A stretch of DNA of 64,000 nucleotides, from the sequence record MW272540.1. One strand, 5' to 3'. The position numbers were made by a program, and so were the translations under genes. The number at the start of each line of letters is the position of its first letter. Positions within the stretch are counted from its first letter, which is position 1. Below, one piece after another: positions 22,223 to 31,586 of the stretch. The notes below the pieces were generated by a model. That model was not told the DNA's origin, did no database searches, and saw nothing but the letters and a program-made list of their open reading frames with translations.

Positions 22223-22503
22223 TATCTTTGTCCTCTTCGTCAAAACTATCCATGTATTCTAAAGGATTGTATCCAGAAATGGAAGTCCCCAACAGAGAAA
22301 CCAACCATTCGATTTTTTCTTGGTCGTCAGTCACAACTTCTAGATCAGCTTCATCTAGTGTCCCATACACTTCAGAATGTTTACCTAGGATCTCACCAAA
22401 ATAAACCTGATGACCGATTCGACTTTCAATTTCTTTACTGTCAGCAACGAATAGTCCTTCTACGCTACCCTGCCGACCACAGTCCCAATAAAACCGATAA
22501 AGC

Positions 22504-23055
22504 TTAAACATTTTCAGTATCCTCTACATCAAACACAATAATATCATCTACATCTTGACCGATCAGGTCTTTGGCTTCATTCAGCATACCTTGGAACTCT
22601 TCAGACAACATAAGTTGTTCTACCAAAGCTTCCATCAAGGCTTGTTTTTGCCCAGCGCCAAGCTGTTTCTGGGAGATTTTACCACCAGTACCTTTCGGCA
22701 TAACAGTTACAAAATTAACCTCACGACCCTTTACAGAAGCTACAACAGATTGGTTTTCGCTTTGACTATGGAACATGTAAGTACCAGACTTTATCTTGTT
22801 ATCTTCGACATGCTTAATCATTTTGCGGGCGAATGATTTCCAATCTTCTGCGCTTTTATCGCTACGCCGTTGAATACTGCGGGCTTGTGCGTGAACCGAA
22901 CTTTGCACCTTATAGGCACCGACGCGCATTGATACCGGTAGTTTTGCTTTTTTACTCAGCTCAAATTCTTGATCTTTTGTTAAAGTGACTACTTGATTTC
23001 GAGATAGCTGCATACTCTCATCAAGTCTTTTGAAAAAACTCTCAGCAGTGATCAT
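22504..23055 (-). CDS. Putative late internal head protein with a HAxxR..R (BECR-like) core
   Basis: MITAESFFKRLDE/S; additional LME/A and LNE/A sites; CCTAAATA upstream. Confidence 0.55.
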   Translation of the reverse strand: MITAESFFKRLDESMQLSRNQVVTLTKDQEFELSKKAKLPVSMRVGAYKVQSSVHAQARSIQRRSDKSAEDWKSFARKMIKHVEDNKIKSGTYMFHSQSENQSVVASVKGREVNFVTVMPKGTGGKISQKQLGAGQKQALMEALVEQLMLSEEFQGMLNEAKDLIGQDVDDIIVFDVEDTENV

Positions 23056-23088
23056 TTTCAATCTTTCCTTTTTCGTTATTAGTATATG

Positions 23089-23096
23089 TATTTAGG
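23089..23096 (-). promoter_or_regulatory. Late promoter (CTAAATA type)
   Basis: CCTAAATA about 34 nt upstream of the ATG, immediately downstream of a terminator (23106-23121). Confidence 0.65.
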
Positions 23097-23124
23097 ATAA
23101 AAGAAAGGGGCAAGTGCCCCTAAT

Positions 23125-23283
23125 TTAAAACAGGTTTGAATAAAATTCCGGTCTTAGAACGAAGATCTCAAAGAGGAAGCCCATCACAATAGCAACAAAA
23201 AACGAAATTTTCTCTTTTTTATTTTTTCTATAGAGCATACCCAACCCACATAAAAAACCAAACAACCATAACATGAAATTCAT
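23125..23283 (-). CDS. Small membrane protein (52 aa, not in ORF track)
   Basis: MNFMLWLFGFLCGLGMLYRKNKKEKISFFVAIVMGFLFEIFVLRPEFYSNLF; GAGG RBS; two hydrophobic segments. Confidence 0.6.
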   Translation of the reverse strand: MNFMLWLFGFLCGLGMLYRKNKKEKISFFVAIVMGFLFEIFVLRPEFYSNLF

Positions 23284-23290
23284 AAACACC

Positions 23291-23431
23291 TCAACTCATA
23301 GCAACAAAGGCCAAACCAGAGAGACCAGACGCAACGTATCCGATGGTACAGGCTGTTTGTACGTTAGCACGCACTGACCGAACAGAACTAACGAAGAACA
23401 CAGCACACATAACACCAAACAATACAGTCAT
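23291..23431 (-). CDS. Small membrane protein (46 aa, not in ORF track)
   Basis: MTVLFGVMCAVFFVSSVRSVRANVQTACTIGYVASGLSGLAFVAMS; GGAG RBS. Confidence 0.55.
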   Translation of the reverse strand: MTVLFGVMCAVFFVSSVRSVRANVQTACTIGYVASGLSGLAFVAMS

Positions 23432-24259
23432 TTAATCTCTCCTAATCAATCAACAAGTACATTGTAGTATGTCTGATTTGAGAAATCAACGGGTTTTTGG
23501 CCCCCGGTGTAAAATAAAATTGTTTCACCTAGGTTCTTGGATGGTAGTGGTAGTTTGTTTAGATAACAATTCCACCTAACGCCATCTGGACAATCTGCAT
23601 ATTTCCAAATCCATGTTATGATGTCATTCATTTCATATTTTTAACCTTTAGTTTCCCACAACACGAGCATCTAAGATCGTACCTAATATAAGATATCCAT
23701 CCCGTTATTGTAGTATCTTTTACTTCATAAGAGTTTATTACTTTATACTCGTGGACACCAAAAAAACACCACCACTTTTTGTTCATTTTCCAAACCTGAC
23801 ATCAGATCCACGTGGTAATTTTGTGATGTGAATGACACCGAAAATCGAAACCCGGATTTTACCCTTGTCATTCTTACCCCAGACAACACTTTTCGCTAGT
23901 TTTGTTTCGATCTTACCTTTAACATCGAACCATACAGACCACAACTTCCATTTTAATTGATTCCAATCAAACATCTTTTTTAACTCCTTCGGACAGAATA
24001 TGTCCCATGTTTTTATGATGGGTCGCAACCCCAGATTCTTGAACGATTAAAACGTGACCAACTTCGTTTTTAAGTGAGTTGATATAAACTTTATCAAAAA
24101 TGTTATTATATGTAGCCATACAGTTCTGTGTGTAAACTTTACAACCTATATACACAAACATTTCTAGGGAAAGATTCCTCGTCAAAGAAACCCCCTCGGA
24201 TTCGATAACTGCTTTTGTTTTATCCAAAATCTTGTAAAAATCGCGACCTACTTTCATAA

Positions 24260-25420
24260 TTACACCTTCAAGAAATCTTTATGTTGAATTTGTTCTTTAA
24301 GTATATTATCGAAACCTAGTAACTCAGTCAACCGATTTCTACAGGCAATGACGTTATCTTCTACTATGTCAAATCCATAAAGATTGTGGGTGATATCTTC
24401 CGGGTTGTGACCTAGCTCCAATCTCTTTTCTGCGATGCGATATAGGATGTTTCCGTCTCCACACGCCGGATCGAGAAAAGACCCGTCCCAGTTAACAACC
24501 CTCGATAATAACATATCTGTTACAATGTTAGGTGTAAACACCTCATGAGTTGATTTCTGACGCTCTATGTCAAACTCTGACGCCACCCTATTCTTATCCA
24601 CTATGTGGGTCCCTGAATGATATTTCCCACGTGATTCTACATCGTAGTAAGGTAAGATTCCCATATAGTCACAAATCCATTCACGAATCGTTGGGAGTGG
24701 TTTGGTTAGATCTGGATATGGCACTGATGCAAGAGTACCCGAGTCTAGATGTTGATTATTCTTATATAGTGCCAAGAACACCCTAGCATAATCTGATTTT
24801 ATATATTCTAAGAATTTGTTAGCTTCCTCTAACGTATCAAATCCATAATGATGCCATTTAAGGTTTGGTTCTGTTTCTACTTTGTATTCTTTTGGAACCA
24901 TTGTAAAGAAATCAGAGTTGAACCTCTCTCCAGAAATTGGTATATGACCACGAATCAACCCAATATTTACGAAATAGTTTCCTTTTGGGTTTTGATTATC
25001 CAAAAGGTTTTTTGAAACCGGTAATACGTCATAAAGTTTTTTAATCTTTGTGCCGAAATAGTTGAGTTCGTCAACCTTCATCCGATCTCGACCATTTGTC
25101 ATAGGTCCATATACCTCGATATACCCATCATATGGCAGCTTACAGATTGTGTGAGTTATAGATAACGGGACAAACAGACCAGCAGAAAAATATAGGTTAC
25201 CATCAATGAGTTCCATTGAAGTCATATTCTGGCTAATTATCTTTTTGAAGTCAGTCACCCGTTTCTGTTCTCTAACTGGACGACGATTAAAAAACGGTGC
25301 TGATGGATGGATACACACGATCTCTTTCGAAATTGTGTGTGCCTTATTGAAGAAATCTAGATGAAGGTTTCTTAAATAAGGTGGATTCATAATAACATAA
25401 TCAAACATTCGATTATTCAT
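24260..25420 (-). CDS. Circularly permuted amino-DNA methyltransferase (Eco57I/TaqI-like motifs)
   Basis: N-terminal FDYVIMNPPY (motif IV), central TRD-like region, C-terminal HEVFTP (X), FLDPACGDGNIL (I), LYGFDI (II), IQHKDFL (III). Confidence 0.85.
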   Translation of the reverse strand: MNNRMFDYVIMNPPYLRNLHLDFFNKAHTISKEIVCIHPSAPFFNRRPVREQKRVTDFKKIISQNMTSMELIDGNLYFSAGLFVPLSITHTICKLPYDGYIEVYGPMTNGRDRMKVDELNYFGTKIKKLYDVLPVSKNLLDNQNPKGNYFVNIGLIRGHIPISGERFNSDFFTMVPKEYKVETEPNLKWHHYGFDTLEEANKFLEYIKSDYARVFLALYKNNQHLDSGTLASVPYPDLTKPLPTIREWICDYMGILPYYDVESRGKYHSGTHIVDKNRVASEFDIERQKSTHEVFTPNIVTDMLLSRVVNWDGSFLDPACGDGNILYRIAEKRLELGHNPEDITHNLYGFDIVEDNVIACRNRLTELLGFDNILKEQIQHKDFLKV

Positions 25421-25430
25421 TTTCTCACCA

Positions 25431-25452
25431 AAAGGAAAGGGGGTTTCCCCCC
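25431..25452 (-). terminator. Terminator immediately upstream of the permuted methyltransferase
   Basis: GGGGG-GAAA-CCCCC-TTTCCTTTT, ending about 10 nt before the ATG. Confidence 0.75.
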
Positions 25453-25688
25453 TCGTTTATTCAACTTTATCAATTTCACCAATAATACTTTCAACAAACC
25501 CCACTAGGGAATGGAAATCCCCAAACAAAGCCTCGTCCACTTCTTCGATAAAAAACACTTTTCGAAATGAATCATATTTCACATGTAGGTCTGTAACCAT
25601 AAAGATATTATAATCACGCTTCATACGAACAGTTACTTTGCAAACCGGTACGTTTTCCATGATTTTTTCGATATTGATATTGTACATA

Positions 25689-26156
25689 TTAGTATTCCTC
25701 GTCAGTTGTTAAGATTGTAATTACTCGGTCTTGATTTCTAACAATTCGTACATCGTCTGGGGGATTTTTTACATACTCCCGAATCCGGACTTGTGCGTTT
25801 ATATCCAGTATACCATATTTTACCATGTACCAAACACAATACATATCTCGGTCTTTTATCGTAAACTTCGGATATTCATTTTGAAGGATCCTATCATCTA
25901 TTGTGATATTTTCAATTCGTTGAAAGTACCTGACAATAAAATGATCGGTTAGGTTTAATACACCAACAGTTCGCCATGTGCTGTATTTATAATTATCTTC
26001 GATCCTCCCACCAAGATAATCCCCCGGTCGTAATGTGTGCTCAACTTGTTCTAAGATCCTATGAGCGTTTGCAATTTCGTCATTTATCAACTGGATCTGT
26101 CTATTCATTCTAGCAATTTTATTTGGGTTTGCTCCCTTCACTCTACGTCCATTCAT
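25689..26156 (-). CDS. Hypothetical protein with TDHFIVRYFQR motif (RelE/BECR-like)
   Basis: LTDH..VRY..R and terminal VITIL are typical of BECR-fold-like phage proteins. Confidence 0.4.
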   Translation of the reverse strand: MNGRRVKGANPNKIARMNRQIQLINDEIANAHRILEQVEHTLRPGDYLGGRIEDNYKYSTWRTVGVLNLTDHFIVRYFQRIENITIDDRILQNEYPKFTIKDRDMYCVWYMVKYGILDINAQVRIREYVKNPPDDVRIVRNQDRVITILTTDEEY

Positions 26157-26482
26157 AGATACTCCATTTGGTTTTTAAACTACTTCTAAATGGTCTATGC
26201 AAAATACCACTCTTGATGCTTCATTGTCAATATCCACAGATTCAGAAATAAAACACCCGATAATAGATACACTTCCGATATTACTGGATACGACTGCATC
26301 AAATTTTCCACCAACGGATAATAGGAAATCTGCCTCATCTTTACTAATTACCGCTTCCCAGTTTTTGACAAAGCTTCGACCCATACATCCAAAATGTGGA
26401 AGTAAATCTTGCTGGATAGTTGGATACCTTTTAATAACCGAAATTATTTCCTTATATCCCTTTATATCTATCTTAGCTAACA

Positions 26483-27169
26483 TCACCAACCTTCCATCGG
26501 AAATTCCAAATAAACTTGTGCATTTTGACGAATTTCATTAGTGATCTTTTTTACCCGGTCTGTATTACGACTTACTCGACCAAACCAGCGCCAACCATTA
26601 CCGACAGTTTTTGACCCGGTATGCCAAGTTTGCCAATCAAATTGAAGCAACGTCCGATCCGGTGCAGTATGCATTACCAGTTCACCACTGTCAATCTTTT
26701 CTAAAACCTCTTTATGCCATTGGCGATAGATCAACTCACCATCAGGAACCTGAGTAAATTCGGATTCTCCAACCGCGAAGTGTGTGGGACAAATATCCGC
26801 GTTAACGAGTCCTAGAATGTGTTCTGAGAGATATCGGGGGTTGTCGTAATCTGGTTGTCCAGCGGTGATGAAGTGTTGCCCTACGGGGATATCCGGGCGT
26901 GGTACGTCATCGTGGTGATAACCGGGGATTGCCGGATACCATCCGGGCATGAGCATATGAACACGAGAATCGAAAACTACATCGTCGTATTGCCACTCTT
27001 TGGGCAACTTTGCAATGAAACTTCGAGTAATCGGTCCACCATGTGTAATTGCAAAAGCAAGATCGCAGTTGAAGAACATTGGTTCGTTTTTGATTTCATC
27101 GTTAGACACATTTGTGGCAAACGAACCACGATTTTGAAATTGAGAATTAAAAATTTTTGAACTTTCCAT
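26483..27169 (-). CDS. Putative 2OG-Fe(II) dioxygenase-like protein
   Basis: PGYHHDD (HxD), distal WHTG His and WRWFGR Arg, in double-stranded beta-helix spacing. Confidence 0.65.
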   Translation of the reverse strand: MESSKIFNSQFQNRGSFATNVSNDEIKNEPMFFNCDLAFAITHGGPITRSFIAKLPKEWQYDDVVFDSRVHMLMPGWYPAIPGYHHDDVPRPDIPVGQHFITAGQPDYDNPRYLSEHILGLVNADICPTHFAVGESEFTQVPDGELIYRQWHKEVLEKIDSGELVMHTAPDRTLLQFDWQTWHTGSKTVGNGWRWFGRVSRNTDRVKKITNEIRQNAQVYLEFPMEGW

Positions 27170-27544
27170 AGTTTACTCCTTAAAACGTCAAGTAAAAAGC
27201 ATAGATTCCAATGGATATCCCAAGGATCGACATGCAAACAACCGCCGTATCCATAGTAGACCATTTGTGGGGAGCTTTGTCAACAAGAATATCAAAAGTA
27301 TATTTCTTCATTTTTCATCTCAATCGCGAGTGTTGAAATAGTCGTCACCATAGTCTTCTGTGAGTGCGTCGTGTTCACTACTGTCGAATAATTGTACCTT
27401 AACTTTTGTAGAGATACTACCACAATTATCACGATGTTCCACATCTACCCAGAGACTGATGTTTTCCTTGATATATCGCACCAAAAATTCCTGATTTTGG
27501 GTTACCCAATTTTCGTAGGCAATATCTTTTTCGTTAGTCATATC

Positions 27545-27814
27545 TTAAACCTCTACTTTGATAATTTCATAACCGTAACCGAGATAACCAAGCTCTTTCT
27601 GCATCGCAGCAGCGCGGCCTTGCGCTTGGAAATATGAAGCACCGTCGTATTGGTTCATGGTCTCAATGAATACCGCAACCACATAGTCCGTAGAATCCGG
27701 ACCGTTTTCAATTACTGCGTGAGCCTGACGAAGCTTGACCCCTTTACGAATGGTTGACTTTGCTTGTTCCAGCTTGGCCTTGATTGCTTCGTTCATCATA
27801 ACTTTAGTATCCAT
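27545..27814 (-). CDS. Early hypothetical protein
   Basis: AAGGAG RBS directly downstream of the stem-loop promoter at 27843-27871. Confidence 0.7.
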   Translation of the reverse strand: MDTKVMMNEAIKAKLEQAKSTIRKGVKLRQAHAVIENGPDSTDYVVAVFIETMNQYDGASYFQAQGRAAAMQKELGYLGYGYEIIKVEV

Positions 27815-27827
27815 GATTATCTCCTTT

Positions 27828-27872
27828 TGTTTCGACAATGAGAGTATCCCACGATTGGGATACCCAGTCAAC
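27828..27872 (-). promoter_or_regulatory. Early promoter with internal stem-loop, copy 1
   Basis: TTGACT-17 nt-GATACT; spacer region forms GTATCCC/GGGATAC; near-identical copy at 53879-53923. Confidence 0.8.
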
Positions 27873-28416
27873 CGAAATAGTAAATTTCTTTTGTATAGTC
27901 GAAATCTGGTTCGACCATCCCTTCGATGTAACCTAGGATCCACCAACTAAGATTCCCATCTTCTTCATCTGAGGACCAAAATTCGTTAAGGTGGTCCACG
28001 CGAAGATCGAACTCATATTGTGATTTCCAGATAATAACCGCCCCATTACGGTCTATGGTGATGACAAACTTTTCACCAATAGACGCCGGTACTTCAATTT
28101 CAAGTCCGTTTCTAATAGTTACAGTTTGTTGATATGGGGTATATTTCAGCTTCATACTTTACATCCAGTCAATACAACGATCTCATAGTCTTCTAGTGGA
28201 AAACCTACGTCTGGGTCTGAATACCCAGTATCAATATCACGGCGAATCTGTCCACGATTTAAAACATATTGGATGTCCAGATAGTTGGGGACACACCACA
28301 CATTATCCGCATATTCATATTCAGTCAAATTATATGTGGTTTCACCATCTATAAAGCTAGTAAAAACTTCCCACCCGGCAAATTTTCCAGTTTCTTTGTG
28401 AGCCAGCGCAAACATT

Positions 28417-29334
28417 TTAACCTCCAAAAGGTCTAAGTATATGTTCATTTTTCAAAAACAAAGAAAGATAGTTTTCACCTTTCTTGTTCTGTTCATCGTA
28501 AATATGGATAACTTTTGTATAATTTTCCCAAGCATATTCACGGAACCAACCGGATGTGATAGAGGTACAAACTTTTTCTAAAGCCATTGAGAAAGCCTGA
28601 CCGGGGGAGAGCTTACCGGGAAATGGGATTATAGATCTCTCTAATGCCAAAACGCAAGCTTCTTCGTACACACCCAAAAGCTTTGTTTGTTCTTCACAAT
28701 CAAAGAATTTTTGTTTTGATGTCATGACTTCTTCACCATCCATCATGTAATTGCGATATGCTGGCTTATCTTTTACTGCAATTGCTTCATGAATGGAGTC
28801 GTGGTCTATCGTATAGATATCATCTTTGAAAAAACTTTGTTTGTCAACATTTAGCTTAGGATGACCATAATTCAAAGTCTCTTCTTGTCTTTTCATATAG
28901 ATTTGGTTTTCAATATCATTCATGACTACACCGTGATCACGAAGATTGTGAATAGTTTTCATAGTCTTTATGAAATTTCGTGTATTCTTCTTATATCGAT
29001 GTGCCATTTTTATTGCTAAAAGAACACCAAGAGGCGCATTCTGGATCACACCATGTTCATTACCTAGGTAATTAGCAACCATATCATCAGAGGAACCGGG
29101 TTCAATGATATAGGCTTCGTGATAGCAACACCGGGATTTCCCGTCGCCTACAACGAATGCACGGACATTTTTAGATTGAACTCTAACTGGCCTCCCCATC
29201 ATCAATTCTTCATATTCGGTCCATTCTTCATCTGTCGCAATGAAGTCATAATCCATGTCTTTGTTTGGTACAAAATTATACCCAAGAAGAGTTGATAACC
29301 CTTCTATCTCTGCGCGAGATCCTATCTGAATCAT
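28417..29334 (-). CDS. Putative Pol-beta-superfamily nucleotidyltransferase with a C-terminal helical domain
   Basis: IGSRA...DMDYD (GS + DxD); conserved DHDSIHEA, EEACVLALER, TSITSGWFREYAWEN. Confidence 0.6.
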   Translation of the reverse strand: MIQIGSRAEIEGLSTLLGYNFVPNKDMDYDFIATDEEWTEYEELMMGRPVRVQSKNVRAFVVGDGKSRCCYHEAYIIEPGSSDDMVANYLGNEHGVIQNAPLGVLLAIKMAHRYKKNTRNFIKTMKTIHNLRDHGVVMNDIENQIYMKRQEETLNYGHPKLNVDKQSFFKDDIYTIDHDSIHEAIAVKDKPAYRNYMMDGEEVMTSKQKFFDCEEQTKLLGVYEEACVLALERSIIPFPGKLSPGQAFSMALEKVCTSITSGWFREYAWENYTKVIHIYDEQNKKGENYLSLFLKNEHILRPFGG

Positions 29335-29383
29335 TAGCATATACCTCATATCATAATAGGGGGAGTTTACCCCCCTCATTCGT

Positions 29384-29602
29384 TTAGCAGCTACTTTCTT
29401 CCCAGACGTGGTTATCATCCTCGTCTACAGTAAATCCTTCACCACCTTCACCATAACAAGAACTGCTCAACCAATCCTCGAACCGAATCTGACCATGTTC
29501 AATTTCCATACCATAATCATTCTGGCTTGCAAGTTCCCGTACTTCTTTAATCTTTTCCGCCAGTTCTTTGGCTTTTTCTATCAATTCTTGACTACGTGCC
29601 AT
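29384..29602 (-). CDS. Small WxSSS(x)C-motif protein A
   Basis: Coiled N-terminus; WLSSSC and WEESSC. Confidence 0.6.
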   Translation of the reverse strand: MARSQELIEKAKELAEKIKEVRELASQNDYGMEIEHGQIRFEDWLSSSCYGEGGEGFTVDEDDNHVWEESSC

Positions 29603-29620
29603 TTTTATTTCCTTTTAATT

Positions 29621-29905
29621 TTAACATTCATCACTAGAGCTGACCCAAACGCCAACATCATTTACTTCATCACCCCAACCACAATATTCCCCAGCAGGGT
29701 AATATGTCCGACCATACCCATAATCACCAACAGAGAAAACAACATTCTCCTTGTCTGCAATGGTGGTGGCAATATCTTCTAGTTGTTGTGACAGATGTAG
29801 GGTGTTTTTAATTTTAATATCACCCGGTATTGTCTTATTTTCCAACTCAAATTCCAATTTCTGAATTTCAGATTTCAGTTTCTGGATAGATTCGTGAATT
29901 TCCAT
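29621..29905 (-). CDS. Small WxSSS(x)C-motif protein B
   Basis: Coiled N-terminus; GVWVSSSDEC C-terminus. Confidence 0.6.
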   Translation of the reverse strand: MEIHESIQKLKSEIQKLEFELENKTIPGDIKIKNTLHLSQQLEDIATTIADKENVVFSVGDYGYGRTYYPAGEYCGWGDEVNDVGVWVSSSDEC

Positions 29906-30422
29906 TGATTTTCCTACTCATTTACTATTACTTGGATAAAAGTTTCGTTTCTGTCAAATTGTACTGATGCATTGTATCCTAAATTACACAAATGTGCAAC
30001 AAATTGTGATACACTACCAGATTTCAGTTTCAAAGCGCTTGGATAAAAAGATTTTGTCATTTTATTGTCAGAAAGAAATTCCGACACCATTAAACTCATT
30101 GCCTCTTCGAAATTTTGGTTTTGGTTCTTCTTAATTTCTTTGAATAGATCTCTACTTTTCATTTTTCAATCCATATAATCGTCGTGGTTATAATACTTTT
30201 GATAAATATTAACTGGGATATATTCGTGTCCGTCAATTTCATAAAATTCAAAATTTACGGAATTAAATACGGTATCAAACCCGTCTAACCATACATCGGT
30301 GTGACATCCATGTACATGAAGACTACTAACCTCATAATACCGATATAACTCCAAATCGCGACACCTATCTTTATCTCGGTCATACCCAGCATTCGGGTTG
30401 GTAAATTGTGCGTATAAATTCA

Positions 30423-30935
30423 TCATTCTACCTCAACCTCGATAGAAAAGTCATTACCTGCTAAGGTAGAGCCGTAGACTTTTTCATCGTTTAGATAAAT
30501 ATAAACTCGACCACCATCGTAAGATAATTTGATATTTTTTACGGGTGTGTTTTTGATCTCAGATCCCACAGTATGTTTTGCAACATTATATTCGTGTGAT
30601 TGATAATGTGTTCTAACTTGGGTTTTATCAGAAGCTTCATAGTTAAAACGTCGTAAACCTCGTTCCAACTCTTTTTTGGTCAAGCTATTACGGATCATAT
30701 CAGAATTAATACTTTCTCGAAATTCTTTTTCTGATTTAAATTGTCCTGCGTAATTCTTGAGAAATCCGAAGAAAAACGAGCTAGTGATATGCTTACTTGT
30801 ATGGAGTTCCAACGTTTTGGGCATAGCATACATAAAAGCTTGTTTTGCTGCCCGATTCCCCTGTTCTGGACCAGTACACAGATGGAAACCCGAACATAAG
30901 TCGTCAAAGTCAACTTTCATGGTTCTTTCCTGCAA
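30423..30935 (-). CDS. STAS-like (DUF4325-type) domain protein
   Basis: TGPEQG...ITSSFFFGFL pattern in the N-terminal half. Confidence 0.5.
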   Translation of the reverse strand: MQERTMKVDFDDLCSGFHLCTGPEQGNRAAKQAFMYAMPKTLELHTSKHITSSFFFGFLKNYAGQFKSEKEFRESINSDMIRNSLTKKELERGLRRFNYEASDKTQVRTHYQSHEYNVAKHTVGSEIKNTPVKNIKLSYDGGRVYIYLNDEKVYGSTLAGNDFSIEVEVE

Positions 30936-31334
30936 TCAAAAGAACAATCCCAACAATAACCGGACTGAAAATCAGTGACCCAATAACCCAAGCAAACGGA
31001 TTTCGATTATATACATATGCGGCAGCTGCTACCAGCAAAGTCATAACAATAAATAGAGGATCGAATATGTACATAATTTATTCCTCACATTGGAAAAATT
31101 GTTTCAATTCCCAATCGTACACGCATACGCTAAATGGCATATACCCACCTACATATTTTGAAAAGAACATATACCCTTGTGGTTCTTTTTGGAAAGGATC
31201 CTCGGTAACGAAAATATCTTGTTTGTTTTCGTTTGCAATACGGAAGATATCAACCAATTCTTTGTTTAGTTCCAAAATTTCATCGTCAATAGCCGAATTC
31301 AGAAAATCTTGTGGTTTGGTCATAATAACTTTTT

Positions 31335-31586
31335 TCATTTTTTCATAGCCTCTTGTTGAGTTTCAATAATGCGGAATTTTTGAAGATTCGTGTTTTTGGA
31401 AAAAATCATGGGTGATACCAAACCGGTTTTAAAATTATAGGTTGAGATTACAGACCCGGTATCTATGTTAACACCATACCCAGACACACCACAAGTCATA
31501 ATCACCCCAGATGCAAAATTTTCCCCTTGTACCCATTTACCTTCTAATGCAGCGTCGATTGCTTCATGCATATTCAGATTATACAT
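31335..31586 (-). CDS. Small protein with a Tad2-like N-terminus
   Basis: MNMHEAIDAALEGKWVQ resembles the M.F.EA..A...GK.V pattern. Confidence 0.3.
   Translation of the reverse strand: MYNLNMHEAIDAALEGKWVQGENFASGVIMTCGVSGYGVNIDTGSVISTYNFKTGLVSPMIFSKNTNLQKFRIIETQQEAMKK

Noticed and set aside
27253-27283. Early promoter TTGACA...TACTAT
   Set aside because: The spacer is 19 nt, outside the usual 16-18 nt range, so it is not listed as a feature.
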